NCBI GenBank assembly: GCA_963806225.1
Contig: CAWDXG010000004.1
Location: 3,776,001 to 3,840,000, forward strand
DNA: 64,000 nt
Direction: 5' to 3'
Source of the DNA: an uncultured delta proteobacterium
GTDB taxonomy: Bacteria; Myxococcota_A; Polyangia; Polyangiales; Polyangiaceae
Positions within the stretch are counted from its first letter, which is position 1. Each line of letters starts with the position of its first letter. The position numbers and the translations under genes were made by a program. Of this stretch, positions 39,301 to 48,617 are shown in pieces. A model generated the notes under the pieces. The model searched no databases and was not told where the DNA came from. It worked only from the letters and a program-made list of their open reading frames with translations.

Positions 39301-39856
39301 ATGCCGGGTCTATCTCCGCCGCAACGGGTGGGTTTCGACGAGCTCGAAGCGCTGCGACCGGCCGTGCGTGGCCTCACCGCCCACCTCCTGCGCGAGCGCG
39401 TAGGGCACCCCGACGTGGAAGACTGCGCCAGCGAGACCTTCCGTCGGGCGCTCGAGGGGCGCGAGCGGCTGCGCGAGGGCGCACCTGTCCGGCCCTGGCT
39501 GCTGGGCATCGCCCGCCACGTCGCGCTCGACGCGCTCAGGGCGCGGCGGCGGGCGAACCTGCGGGACGGCGGGGCTGGGGATGAGCTGGCGTCGAGCCCG
39601 ATCGTGGAGCGGGTGGCGGATCCCGGGCCCCTGCCGGACGCGCAGACCGAACATCGCGAGCGGGTCGCCCGCGTCCAGGCTGCAATGGATCAGCTACCCG
39701 AGCAGCCGCGCCTGGCGCTGTCGCTCTTCCACATCGAAGGGCTTGGCTATCGCGAGAATCGCCGAGCGCATGGGCGTGCCCGTGGGCACGGTCGGGACCT
39801 GGGTTACCCGCGGACGGCAGAGCCTCGCCGCCGCGCTGTCGGAGAAGGAAAGATGA
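39301..39856 (+). CDS. ECF RNA polymerase sigma factor (frameshift near 39752)
   Basis: DVEDCASETF, PWLLGIARHVALD, LPEQPRLALSLFHIEGLGY then IAERMGVPVGTVGTWVTRGR. Confidence 0.9.
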
Positions 39857-40386
39857 GCCACCAAAGCACGCTCGAAAGCGAGCTCGTCTGGCGCGACGAC
39901 GGGCATCTGACGGACATCGCCGTCACATCGCTCGCCGATGGACAGCTCCAACTGCTACCGGAGCGCGCGCGGACGCACGCAACGGACTGCGCCGAGTGCG
40001 CGGACCGCATAGGAGCCGCCGCGCTGGTGTCGCTGCAGGCGGGAGAAGCACTCGAGGAGGCCTCTCTCGCGCTCGCACCGGCGCAGCTAGCGCCGGCTCC
40101 GGTCCGCCGCCCGCTGCCCACCGCCGCGGTCGCCGCAGCGCTGCTTCTCGCAGTGCTGGGCGTGGTGCCGAGCCTGCCCATACTCCGAGCGCTGCTGCTG
40201 CAGGCGCCGGGCCTCTTGCTGCATGCGATTCCCGCCGTCGCCCATTCCGCGGCGGTGGTGCTCGAGAGCGGGGGCGACCCCGCGCATCTGGCGGTTCTGT
40301 GGTGTGCCGTCGCCGTGATGCTGATGGCCGCCGGTCTGGTCGTGGCGCGGGTCGCGCCGCGTCACGCCTCGAAGGGAGAGCACTGA
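39853..40386 (+). CDS. Membrane-bound zinc-binding anti-sigma (ZAS) factor
   Basis: H...HATDCAEC (HxxxCxxC) followed by TM helices; ATGA coupling to the sigma gene. Confidence 0.8.
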   Translation: MSHQSTLESELVWRDDGHLTDIAVTSLADGQLQLLPERARTHATDCAECADRIGAAALVSLQAGEALEEASLALAPAQLAPAPVRRPLPTAAVAAALLLAVLGVVPSLPILRALLLQAPGLLLHAIPAVAHSAAVVLESGGDPAHLAVLWCAVAVMLMAAGLVVARVAPRHASKGEH

Positions 40387-41810
40387 TGTCCCGCCCCGAA
40401 CGTTCGAGAAGTCCGAAGCTGCAACGCGCCCTCGTGGGGCTCGTCGCGTTCTGCATGGCACTGGTCGCCGTCCGCGCGAGCGCGGAGGTGCGCCACACGG
40501 GGACGTGGCCGGAGCACGACAAGAAGGTGACGCTCTCCGTCCAGCGCATGCCGCGCTCGCAGGCGATCCGCGAGCTGGCGAAGAAGGCGGGGTGGAGCGT
40601 GGTCGTGCGCTCGCCCTCGGACGAGCCGGTCGAGGTGGCCGTGAAGAACCAACCCGCCGACAAGGTGCTCGACCTCCTGCTGGCCGACGGGCACTTCGTA
40701 GCGGACCGGGACGGCGACCTGATCTCGATCGCACCGGAAGCGGCTGCCGCACCGCCCGCGGCGAGCGCTGCACCAGCTGGAGCGACATCCGCCACCGCAA
40801 CTCCACCGGCTCCCGCTTCGAGCGCGGCTTCCGCTCCGGGTGCCGCGGCGGTTCCACCCGCCGCGGCTGCTCCGAGCGCGGCTCCTGTCGCAAGCGCGGC
40901 GTCCGCGAGCGAGAGCGCCGCCAAAAAGACGAAGCCGACACGGCGCGGCCACGATCGTGTGGTGACGGGCAGCAGCGTGCGCATCGACAAGAGCGACATT
41001 GTCCACGACCTCGTCGTGATGGGCGGCTCGGCCGAGGTGTTCGGCCAGGTCACCGGGGATCTCGTCGTGATCGGCGGCTCCGCCCGCGTCCACAACGGAG
41101 CTCATGTGTACGGCGATGCCACCACCGTCGGCGGCTCGCTGACCGTCGACGACGGCGCGCGGGTGGATGGCGACGCGGGCGTCGTGGGCGGCAATCTGCA
41201 CAGGAAGGGCGACGCGAAGATCGGCGGCAAGGCCAGCCAGGACAAGCTGAACATCAGCGTGGGAAGCCACGGCGACCACGAGCGCGGCAGCTGGCTCACG
41301 CGCGCTCTGCGCGACGTGGGTGGCGCGATGACCCGCGCGGCGCTCTTGTTCGTGTTCGGCGCAGTGCTGTTCGCGCTGGCCACGCGGCGCATGGAGTCGC
41401 TCGAACTGGAGGCCACGTCGCGACCGATGCGCTCCTTTGCGCTGGGCGTGGTGGGTCTCCTGCTGGGCGCGCTGGCGATCGTCGCGCTGTGCGTGACCAT
41501 CGTGGGGATCCCGCTGGCGATCATCGGGGCGTTGCTGGCCGTCTTTGCGGGCTACGCGGGCGTCTGCGCCGTGCTCACTGCCGTGGGCTCCGCGCTGGTG
41601 CGCCACAAGAGCGACAACGTGTACGTCCACCTCGCTGTCGGCTGCGCGCTGCTGCTGGTGCTGGGCTCGATTCCGTATCTCGGGGGGCTCGTCACGGTGG
41701 CGTTGCTCTTCACCAGCGTGGGCGTGGTCGTCGCCACCCGCGGGGCCGGCATCTTCAACCCGAAGCATGGCACTCCGCCTCCGACCCCGTACGGCGCAGC
41801 AGCAGCGTAG
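40386..41810 (+). CDS. Exported STN-like + bactofilin-like beta-helix + multi-TM protein
   Basis: Signal peptide; KKVTLSVQRMPRSQAIRELAKKAGW...DKVLDLLL; DLVVMGGSAEVFGQVTGDLVVIGG repeats; several C-terminal TM helices. Confidence 0.75.
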   Translation: MSRPERSRSPKLQRALVGLVAFCMALVAVRASAEVRHTGTWPEHDKKVTLSVQRMPRSQAIRELAKKAGWSVVVRSPSDEPVEVAVKNQPADKVLDLLLADGHFVADRDGDLISIAPEAAAAPPAASAAPAGATSATATPPAPASSAASAPGAAAVPPAAAAPSAAPVASAASASESAAKKTKPTRRGHDRVVTGSSVRIDKSDIVHDLVVMGGSAEVFGQVTGDLVVIGGSARVHNGAHVYGDATTVGGSLTVDDGARVDGDAGVVGGNLHRKGDAKIGGKASQDKLNISVGSHGDHERGSWLTRALRDVGGAMTRAALLFVFGAVLFALATRRMESLELEATSRPMRSFALGVVGLLLGALAIVALCVTIVGIPLAIIGALLAVFAGYAGVCAVLTAVGSALVRHKSDNVYVHLAVGCALLLVLGSIPYLGGLVTVALLFTSVGVVVATRGAGIFNPKHGTPPPTPYGAAAA

Positions 41811-41820
41811 ACTGGCAGGG

Positions 41821-42690
41821 ATGCAACGGTTGAGCGGGTCGAGCTGGTGGGTGGGATGTGTAGCCGCAGTCGTCGCCGGCTGCGGGACCCCGCCGCCCCG
41901 GACGCCCTCGCCGGACCCGCCGGTCGTGGAGGTGAAACCGCCGCCTGCCAAACAGCCTCCAGCACAGGCCGACACGCCGGCCGACGCGGCGCCGCCGACC
42001 CGCGAAATATCGAACCTCGACGAGTGCGCCGAGCAGATCCGCGACGGCCGGGGCCTCCCTGCATCGGGCGCGGGCCGCGAGCTGTACGAAAGAGCCCTGT
42101 CAGAGCAGCGCGCCGGCAACCTGGCCGCCGCGCGCAGGAGCTACTTCGAGCTGATCGAGCAGAACCCAGCATCGCCGTTCATACCGCTCGCGTACCTGGC
42201 CTTCGGCGACCTGTTCCGCGAGCAAGCGAAGAAGGAGCCGTCGCACGCCAGCCTGGCGATCAGCGCCTACCGCAAGGTGACGACCTTCCCACCGTCGGAC
42301 AACACGGCCTACGCGTATGCGCTGCTCCGCATCGCGGACATGGATCAGAAGCGCAATGCCAACCAGGCGCTGGCCGGATACGCGCGCACCCTCGCGGCCG
42401 CCGCCGACAGCCCATGCCCCGATGCGCTCGGACAGGCCGCGCGCGATGGACTGACGGCAACGTACGTCGGCGTGGGGCGACCGGATCGCGCGTGGGCGTT
42501 CTTCCGCCACGCGGCCCCGGACGACGCGACCGCCGCGAGGATGCTCGCCGCCCTCGTCGACAAGTACAACGCGGTCGGCAGGTTCCGGGACGGGTGCCAG
42601 GCCTTGCGCGCGGCGAGCGACGCCGCCGTGCGCGCCTCGCCGCGCATGCAGGCCGCGGCGAGTCACTGCGGAAATGCGGCTGGGCCGTAG
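41821..42690 (+). CDS. TPR-like lipoprotein
   Basis: VVAGC lipobox; ELYERAL...ARRSYFELIEQNPASPFIPLAYLAFGDLF. Confidence 0.75.
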   Translation: MQRLSGSSWWVGCVAAVVAGCGTPPPRTPSPDPPVVEVKPPPAKQPPAQADTPADAAPPTREISNLDECAEQIRDGRGLPASGAGRELYERALSEQRAGNLAAARRSYFELIEQNPASPFIPLAYLAFGDLFREQAKKEPSHASLAISAYRKVTTFPPSDNTAYAYALLRIADMDQKRNANQALAGYARTLAAAADSPCPDALGQAARDGLTATYVGVGRPDRAWAFFRHAAPDDATAARMLAALVDKYNAVGRFRDGCQALRAASDAAVRASPRMQAAASHCGNAAGP

Positions 42691-42768
42691 GCGTCCGGGG
42701 GACGCGCTGGGGGTCCGCCCCACCGCGTCGGCGCAACGTCGCGAAGCGGCTGCCAGGACCTGCGGAGG

Positions 42769-43974
42769 CTAGTCGGAGTCGGCGGAGCTTCCGTGCGCGA
42801 CTTCCACTCCCAAGTCGACTGTTTGCGTCAGGGCAGCGTCGGTCATCGACCCGACAAGCCCCTTGTAGATCGCTTTTCCTGCGAACTTGATCTCCTCGGC
42901 GGGTCCTTCCTGACCGAGCGTCGCGGCAGTGACGAGGACGTGCTCGACCGCCTCCTTCGTGTCCTCGTTGAACTGGCGATCCATGCGGATCGCCTTGTCG
43001 GCGGTCGGACGGAAACGGGCGACCGTTTTTTTCATGCCGGCTGCCAGCTTGTCCATGCGCGCCCTGGCGTCCGTCTGCGTCCTGAAGTCGCCGTCCCCGA
43101 TGGCGCGCTGCATCCGACTGTTCTGTTCGACGTAGGCGATGTGCTGTTTGGAGAATTGCGTGTACAGCGTCCGTGCTTGGTCGACCTTGTCATCGAACTC
43201 ACCAGACATGTAGCCGCCCGCGCGCTCGGCCTTGTCGACGGCTTCGGAGATGTGGCGACCGTTCAGAGTGGTGGCCGACTTGAGCGCGCCAACCGCCATG
43301 TCTCCGACGGTGGCCGTAGCACCGAAGAACCCCGTCGCAGCCTCCGCCGTGCGCGTGATCACCGGAACCTTGCGATACAGCGCGTTCACCTCGCCCGCTG
43401 TCTTCTTCCACTGGGCAGCTTCGTGCTTCAGCGACTTCACGGCCGCGTCGCGCTCGTGGCCCATGGACTTGTCGGTCTTCGCGGCGGCTTCTGCCTTGAT
43501 GTCGGCCTCCGCCCCGCGGACCAGGGCCACGGCGGCGTGCACGCTGCTGCCGGTCTTGACGAGCGCCATCACGCCCGCGCGCTGCGAGACACCGAGCGGC
43601 GCGATCTGGCGCAGGGCGGACTCGCACATGGCCAGCCGCTGCATGCCGGTGGTGCCGCTGCGGGCGAGCACGGCGTGGACGATCTGGTGGTCGACCGAGC
43701 TCCGCCCGCGCAGGCGCTGGGCCACGTAGTGGTCGGCCAGGCCGGGGTTCTTCGTGAGGGCGGCGCGGGTGGCCTCGAAGCGACTCTTCATGGTCTGGCG
43801 CTTGACCAGCCCGTCGACGGCGGCGCGCTGCGTCTTCGACATCTGCTCCGCGGGGGCGGCTTTCTTCGCCTCGGCCGCCTTGCCGGCCTTGGCTGCGTGC
43901 TCGACGCCGGCAGCGTCCGGCTCGGGGTGGAATGTTCGGGGCGTGGAAGCCTGGTCGATCCGGTGCGTGGTCAT
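42769..43974 (-). CDS. Hypothetical alpha-helical protein
   Basis: ATG 43974 (MTTHRIDQ); Ala/Lys-rich; plausible codon usage; divergent from the gene at 44053. Confidence 0.65.
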   Translation of the reverse strand: MTTHRIDQASTPRTFHPEPDAAGVEHAAKAGKAAEAKKAAPAEQMSKTQRAAVDGLVKRQTMKSRFEATRAALTKNPGLADHYVAQRLRGRSSVDHQIVHAVLARSGTTGMQRLAMCESALRQIAPLGVSQRAGVMALVKTGSSVHAAVALVRGAEADIKAEAAAKTDKSMGHERDAAVKSLKHEAAQWKKTAGEVNALYRKVPVITRTAEAATGFFGATATVGDMAVGALKSATTLNGRHISEAVDKAERAGGYMSGEFDDKVDQARTLYTQFSKQHIAYVEQNSRMQRAIGDGDFRTQTDARARMDKLAAGMKKTVARFRPTADKAIRMDRQFNEDTKEAVEHVLVTAATLGQEGPAEEIKFAGKAIYKGLVGSMTDAALTQTVDLGVEVAHGSSADSD

Positions 43975-44052
43975 GCCGCCCGTATCGGACGCGATCGCAG
44001 CGAGTTGCGTGGAAACCCGCAACTGGACGCCGCGCGGGCCGAAGAGAGCGCC

Positions 44053-45123
44053 ATGAGCGACGTGAAGCTGGACATCGAGTTCGAGCGGCCCTCCGCCCGG
44101 TTCCGCCCGGGCGAGCCCATCCGCGGCTTCGTCCGCGCCCGCTCGGAAGAGCCGTTCGAGTGCAGGCACCTCGGCTTGACCTGGACCCGCGTGGTCGAAT
44201 CCCGACGCCCGCAGGACCTCAGGTACGGAAGGCTGGATACTTCCGGCCGCTCCAAGTCGGGCTACCGCCCGTACGCTGAGCTCCCGGACCGCCGCACAAT
44301 GGGCAGCTTGGAGTTCGACGGCGACGACCGGACGCCGCGCACCGAGTACCGCATCGCTTTCGAGTTCGCTGCGCCGGCAGGGCCATTGTCGTACGACGGC
44401 GAGGCCATTCGTACGAAGTGGTGGCTGTCGACGACCGGCGGGCGATTGCCGTGGAGCCACGCAGCGACGCCGTTCGAGCTGGTACCGTGGATGCCGGGAG
44501 ACGTGCCGGAACACGACGCGGGCTATCGCGTCGCGCCGCCGACGCCGCCGGATGGGTACGACTTCGGCTCGCCCCGGTATGTGCGTCGTTACCAGGCCGC
44601 TTCGCCTGGTCTGTCGCTGCTGTCCCGCATCAGAAACGCCTGGGCGCGGGTCAAGGCCGGTTCGGTGCGCGTGGAGTGCCCGTCCACGATCGCTGCGGGG
44701 GAGCGGCTGACCGTTCGCGTCCACTTCCCGCGGGGGCCGCGCGCGCGCATTGGCGAGGTCGAGGTGCGATTGGCCGCGGCCGAGAGCTTGGACGCTCGAC
44801 GCGCTCGGCCGCTGGTGCTGGCGCCGCACGGTATCGTCACGAGCCACACCGCGGCGTTGCAGATCGCCGACGCGCAGCCGGAACCGGGCTTTGTCGATGG
44901 CGGCACCAACGTCTGGTCCGCAGCGCTAGACATGCCGCTCGATGCACCGCCGTCGCTGCACACGGCCATGGCATCACTGTGCTGGCACGTCGAGGTCCGC
45001 TGTCGTTCGAAATCTGCACCGGAACGATTGCTCGTGAAGCCGCTGCTGGTGCGGCCGCCGCATGTCGGGCCGACGCCGGCAAGCCAGGCGGCCGGGGACG
45101 CAGTGTCCGCGACATGTCACTGA
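44053..45123 (+). CDS. Hypothetical protein with two arrestin/SpoOM-like beta-sandwich repeats
   Basis: RFRPGEPIRGFV...FEFAAPAGPLSYDGEAIRTKWWL and AAGERLTVRV...LDMPLDAPPSLHT...WHVEVR. Confidence 0.6.
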   Translation: MSDVKLDIEFERPSARFRPGEPIRGFVRARSEEPFECRHLGLTWTRVVESRRPQDLRYGRLDTSGRSKSGYRPYAELPDRRTMGSLEFDGDDRTPRTEYRIAFEFAAPAGPLSYDGEAIRTKWWLSTTGGRLPWSHAATPFELVPWMPGDVPEHDAGYRVAPPTPPDGYDFGSPRYVRRYQAASPGLSLLSRIRNAWARVKAGSVRVECPSTIAAGERLTVRVHFPRGPRARIGEVEVRLAAAESLDARRARPLVLAPHGIVTSHTAALQIADAQPEPGFVDGGTNVWSAALDMPLDAPPSLHTAMASLCWHVEVRCRSKSAPERLLVKPLLVRPPHVGPTPASQAAGDAVSATCH

Positions 45124-45274
45124 CACCGCGGCGCGCGCGTCGGGGCCCCGAAGTCTCTGGAATCCTGGGCTATTCGAAGCCTTCGCCGAAGCCCGGAGTG
45201 TCACGGGCGAACGCTTCGAGACCGCGCGAGCCGCAACGTCCAGGCGTGGTCCGGCTCTTGCTCTACGATTCCGG

Positions 45275-47125
45275 ATGCGCTTCCTGCCCGGCCTTGGCCC
45301 TCGCCTGCGTCTCCCGCTCGCCATCGGCTGCAGCGGGCTCCTTCTGACAGCGCTCGTCGGCTGCGGCGACTACGACGGCGAGACAGCGGGAGCGGGCTAC
45401 GACGTGGGCTCGACCAGCGAGGCGATGACGCTGAAGTGCGGGGTGAACAAGTACAACGGACCGCAGGGCGCCGATGTCTCCTACTACCAGGGCACGTTCG
45501 GTTGGAGCGGCAAGGGCCTGAAGTTCGGCTACGCGCGCATCAGCGACGGCGCTCCGAACACAGGCTTCATCGACCCGAAGTTCGACGCGAACTGGAAGAA
45601 CATGAAGGCGAACGGCATCCTGCGCGGTGCCTACCAGTTCTTCCGCCCGGGCCAGAACGCGACCGACCAGGCCAATTTCATGGTGAAGAAGGTCGGCGGC
45701 ATGCTCGGCGCCGGTGACATGCCGTGCATGATCGACGTGGAAGCGACCGACGGGAAGTCAGCGTCGACCATCACGTCGAAGATCAAGACCTGGCTGTCCA
45801 TTGTCCAGAAAGGCACGGGCAAGAAGCCCGTCATCTACACCGGCGCGTACTTCTGGGAAGGCAGCGTGAAGAGCACTGCGTTCGGCAGCTACCCGCTGTG
45901 GATCGCGGCATACGGGCCGAGCTGCCCGTCCATCCCCAACGGCTGGAGCAACTGGACCTTCTGGCAGTACTGCGACGGCTTGACCAAGTACTGCTCCAAC
46001 GGCGCAGGCTTCGACCGTGACGTGTACAACGGGACGCTCACGCAGCTGAAGAAGTTCGCCGGCAAGTCGATCGCGCCGTACTACGGCGCTTCCTACGTGG
46101 GCCAGTCGTTCCCACTCGCCAGCACCGCGCTGAAGATGGTGCCGGGGCAGACGATTGCCTCGTACATCAAGCTGAAGAACACCGGCACGAAGACCTGGAA
46201 CTCGAAGACCCGACTGGGCACCACGAAACCCCGCGATCGCGCAAGCGCCTTCGCCGACTCGAGCTGGCTCAACGACCATCGACCGGCAGGTGTGAGCGGA
46301 ACCGTTGCGCCCGGCGGCACCTACAAGTTCAAGTTCAACCTGCACGCCCCGGCCAAGCTCGGCGACTATCACGAGTACTTCGGCGTGCTCGAAGAGGGCG
46401 TGCACTGGTTTTCCGACTCCGGTCAAGGCGGGCCGCCGGACAACCAGCTACAGGCGTGGATCCAGGTCGTCAGAGCCGACTGGGCGGGGAAGTTCGTGAG
46501 CCAGACGTTCCCGGCTGCGACCGACGCTCCGATCACGATGGAGGTCGGCACGATGCTCGACGGCACCATCACTATCGAGAACGTCGGCAACCAGAGCTGG
46601 AAGAATGGGGAGACCAAGCTCGCGCCAACGCCGCGCGACGCGGACTCGCCGCTCGCCGCTCCCACCTGGGAGAGCCCGACGCGCGTCTCGACGGTCTCGG
46701 CGGATGTGCCCCAGGGCAGCTCGTTCGACTTCCCCGTCAAACTGTACGCGGCTGCCGTCGGTGACTACACGCAGACCTTCAGCCTGGTGGAGGAAGGCGT
46801 CACCTGGTTCGCCGATGCGCCGAAAGGCGGCGGACCGCCCGACGATCTGATCAAGCTCCACGTGGTGGTCGTGCCACCCAGCGGCGGTACGGACGCCGGT
46901 CTGGTCGATAGCGGCACTTTGCTCGGCGACAGCGGTGGCGCGAGTGGCGATGCCGGGCCTTCCAGCAACGAAGCCGGCTTGACCGAAACCACCCACGCCG
47001 TGGGCAGCGACCCAGGCGGCTGCGGCTGCCGCCTCGCCGGGAGCCCGCCCGGCCGCAGCGACGACGCGCCCCTGCTCGTGCTCGCCGGAGTCGGCCTGGT
47101 CGCCCTGCGCCGACGCAGGCGCTGA
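45275..47125 (+). CDS. GH25 lysozyme with two NBR1-like Ig domains and a MYXO-CTERM tail
   Basis: GADVSYYQG, RGAYQFF, IDVE, KKPVIYT, LWIAAY, WTFWQY; two (K/E)N(T/V)G..W Ig modules; GGCGCR...LVALRRRRR. Confidence 0.9.
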   Translation: MRFLPGLGPRLRLPLAIGCSGLLLTALVGCGDYDGETAGAGYDVGSTSEAMTLKCGVNKYNGPQGADVSYYQGTFGWSGKGLKFGYARISDGAPNTGFIDPKFDANWKNMKANGILRGAYQFFRPGQNATDQANFMVKKVGGMLGAGDMPCMIDVEATDGKSASTITSKIKTWLSIVQKGTGKKPVIYTGAYFWEGSVKSTAFGSYPLWIAAYGPSCPSIPNGWSNWTFWQYCDGLTKYCSNGAGFDRDVYNGTLTQLKKFAGKSIAPYYGASYVGQSFPLASTALKMVPGQTIASYIKLKNTGTKTWNSKTRLGTTKPRDRASAFADSSWLNDHRPAGVSGTVAPGGTYKFKFNLHAPAKLGDYHEYFGVLEEGVHWFSDSGQGGPPDNQLQAWIQVVRADWAGKFVSQTFPAATDAPITMEVGTMLDGTITIENVGNQSWKNGETKLAPTPRDADSPLAAPTWESPTRVSTVSADVPQGSSFDFPVKLYAAAVGDYTQTFSLVEEGVTWFADAPKGGGPPDDLIKLHVVVVPPSGGTDAGLVDSGTLLGDSGGASGDAGPSSNEAGLTETTHAVGSDPGGCGCRLAGSPPGRSDDAPLLVLAGVGLVALRRRRR

Positions 47126-47198
47126 CTTTCGCCCATGCGTGGGCGCCCGGCCGCGAGGCGCGCTTTCCCCCGGGGTGATGCGGCGCTAGAGGAGAGCG

Positions 47199-47960
47199 AT
47201 GCCGTCGCCGGTGGTCGTGGTCGGGATGGGAGAGCTCGGCGGGGTGTTTGCGCGCGGGCTGCTGAGGGCTGGGCACCCGGTTTTCCCGGTCACCCGGCGC
47301 GTGCCGCTGGCTGCGCACACGGTGGATCCGGAGCTCGTGCTGGTCACGGTGGGCGAGGCGGACCTGGCTCCCGTTCTCGAGCAACTGCCGGGTGCGTACC
47401 GCGATCGCGCGGGTCTGGTGCAGAACGAGCTTCTGCCGCGCGATTGGCGCGCGCACGGTCTTGTGGCGCCCACGGTGGCGGTGGTGTGGTTCGAGAAGAA
47501 GCCAGGGCGCCCGGTGAACGTCGTGCTGCCGACGGTGCTGTACGGCCACGGCGCCCCGCTGCTCGAGGCAGCGCTCGGCGAGCTCGACATTCCGACACAG
47601 AGCGTGGCGGATGAGGGCGCGCTGCTCACGGCGCTGGTCGAGAAGAACCTGTATATCCTGACGACGAACCTCGCGGGCCTTCGAACCGGCGGCACGGTTG
47701 TCGAGCTGTGGCAAAACCACCGCAAGCTGACAGAAGCGGTCGCCGGGGAGATACTCGACATCCAGGCGTTCTTGACAGAGCAGAAGCTGGAGCGCGCACC
47801 ACTCGTGCGCGCGCTCGAACGCGCCATCGAAGCGGACCCGGATCACCAGTGCACCGGTCGCTCTGCGCCCGTCCGCCTGGCACGCGCGATCGCGCATGCC
47901 GATCGCGCCGGCCTCGCCATTCCCACGCTCCGCGCGCTCGCCCGGGAGCACATGGCGTGA
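47199..47960 (+). CDS. Rossmann-fold protein (ketopantoate reductase-like, tentative)
   Basis: VVVVGMGELGGVFA; LVQNE; KNLYILTTN; GAGGAG RBS. Confidence 0.6.
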   Translation: MPSPVVVVGMGELGGVFARGLLRAGHPVFPVTRRVPLAAHTVDPELVLVTVGEADLAPVLEQLPGAYRDRAGLVQNELLPRDWRAHGLVAPTVAVVWFEKKPGRPVNVVLPTVLYGHGAPLLEAALGELDIPTQSVADEGALLTALVEKNLYILTTNLAGLRTGGTVVELWQNHRKLTEAVAGEILDIQAFLTEQKLERAPLVRALERAIEADPDHQCTGRSAPVRLARAIAHADRAGLAIPTLRALAREHMA

Positions 47961-48595
47961 GCGAGCACGACGCCTGGCTCGTCGATCTGGACGGCACGCT
48001 GTACTACCCGCTGTGGGTGAAGCTGGCGATGGCCGCCGAGCTCTCGCTGCTCGGATGGAGCTCGGTCGCGACGCTCCGGAGCTTCCGCAAGCAGCATGAA
48101 CACCTGCGCCAGCTCGCCACCGAGGGCGCCGAGCGCGTCGTGGAGCGCGAGCTCGAACACAACGCGCCGAGCCCCTTCCACGAGCAGCTCCAGCGCACCG
48201 CACTCACGCTGGGACGCGACCCGGCGGACGTGGAACGCCGCGTGATGGAGTGGATGTTCCGCCGCCCCGGCAAGTGGATCCGCCTGTTCCGCCGCCGGGC
48301 GTTGCTCGACGAGATAGCGGGCTTCCACGACGGCGGCGGCAAGACCGCGCTGGTGAGCGACTACCCCGCGACGGAGAAGCTCGAGCGGCTCGGGCACAAC
48401 GGGCTGTTCGACGTGGTGGTCGCCAATGGCGAACCCGAGGGCCCGCGCCGGCTCAAGCCCGACCCCGACGGCTACCTCGCCGCCGCGCGGCGCCTCGGCG
48501 CGGAGCCGGCGCGCTGCCTGGTGCTCGGCGACCGCGACGACGCCGACGGCGCCGCCGCGCGCGCCGCGGGCATGCAGTTCCGGCTGGTAAAGTAG
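47957..48595 (+). CDS. HAD-superfamily hydrolase
   Basis: VDLDGTL, LVSD, KPDPDG, VLGDRDDADG. Confidence 0.9.
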   Translation: MSEHDAWLVDLDGTLYYPLWVKLAMAAELSLLGWSSVATLRSFRKQHEHLRQLATEGAERVVERELEHNAPSPFHEQLQRTALTLGRDPADVERRVMEWMFRRPGKWIRLFRRRALLDEIAGFHDGGGKTALVSDYPATEKLERLGHNGLFDVVVANGEPEGPRRLKPDPDGYLAAARRLGAEPARCLVLGDRDDADGAAARAAGMQFRLVK

Positions 48596-48617
48596 CGGCT
48601 CCGGGCCGCCGCCCGCG

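Noticed and set aside
45247..45262. Sigma-54 promoter TGGTCCG-N4-TTGCT before the GH25 gene
   Set aside because: Good match, but it abuts a competing TACGAT -10 box 5 nt before the ATG; cannot be resolved without TSS data
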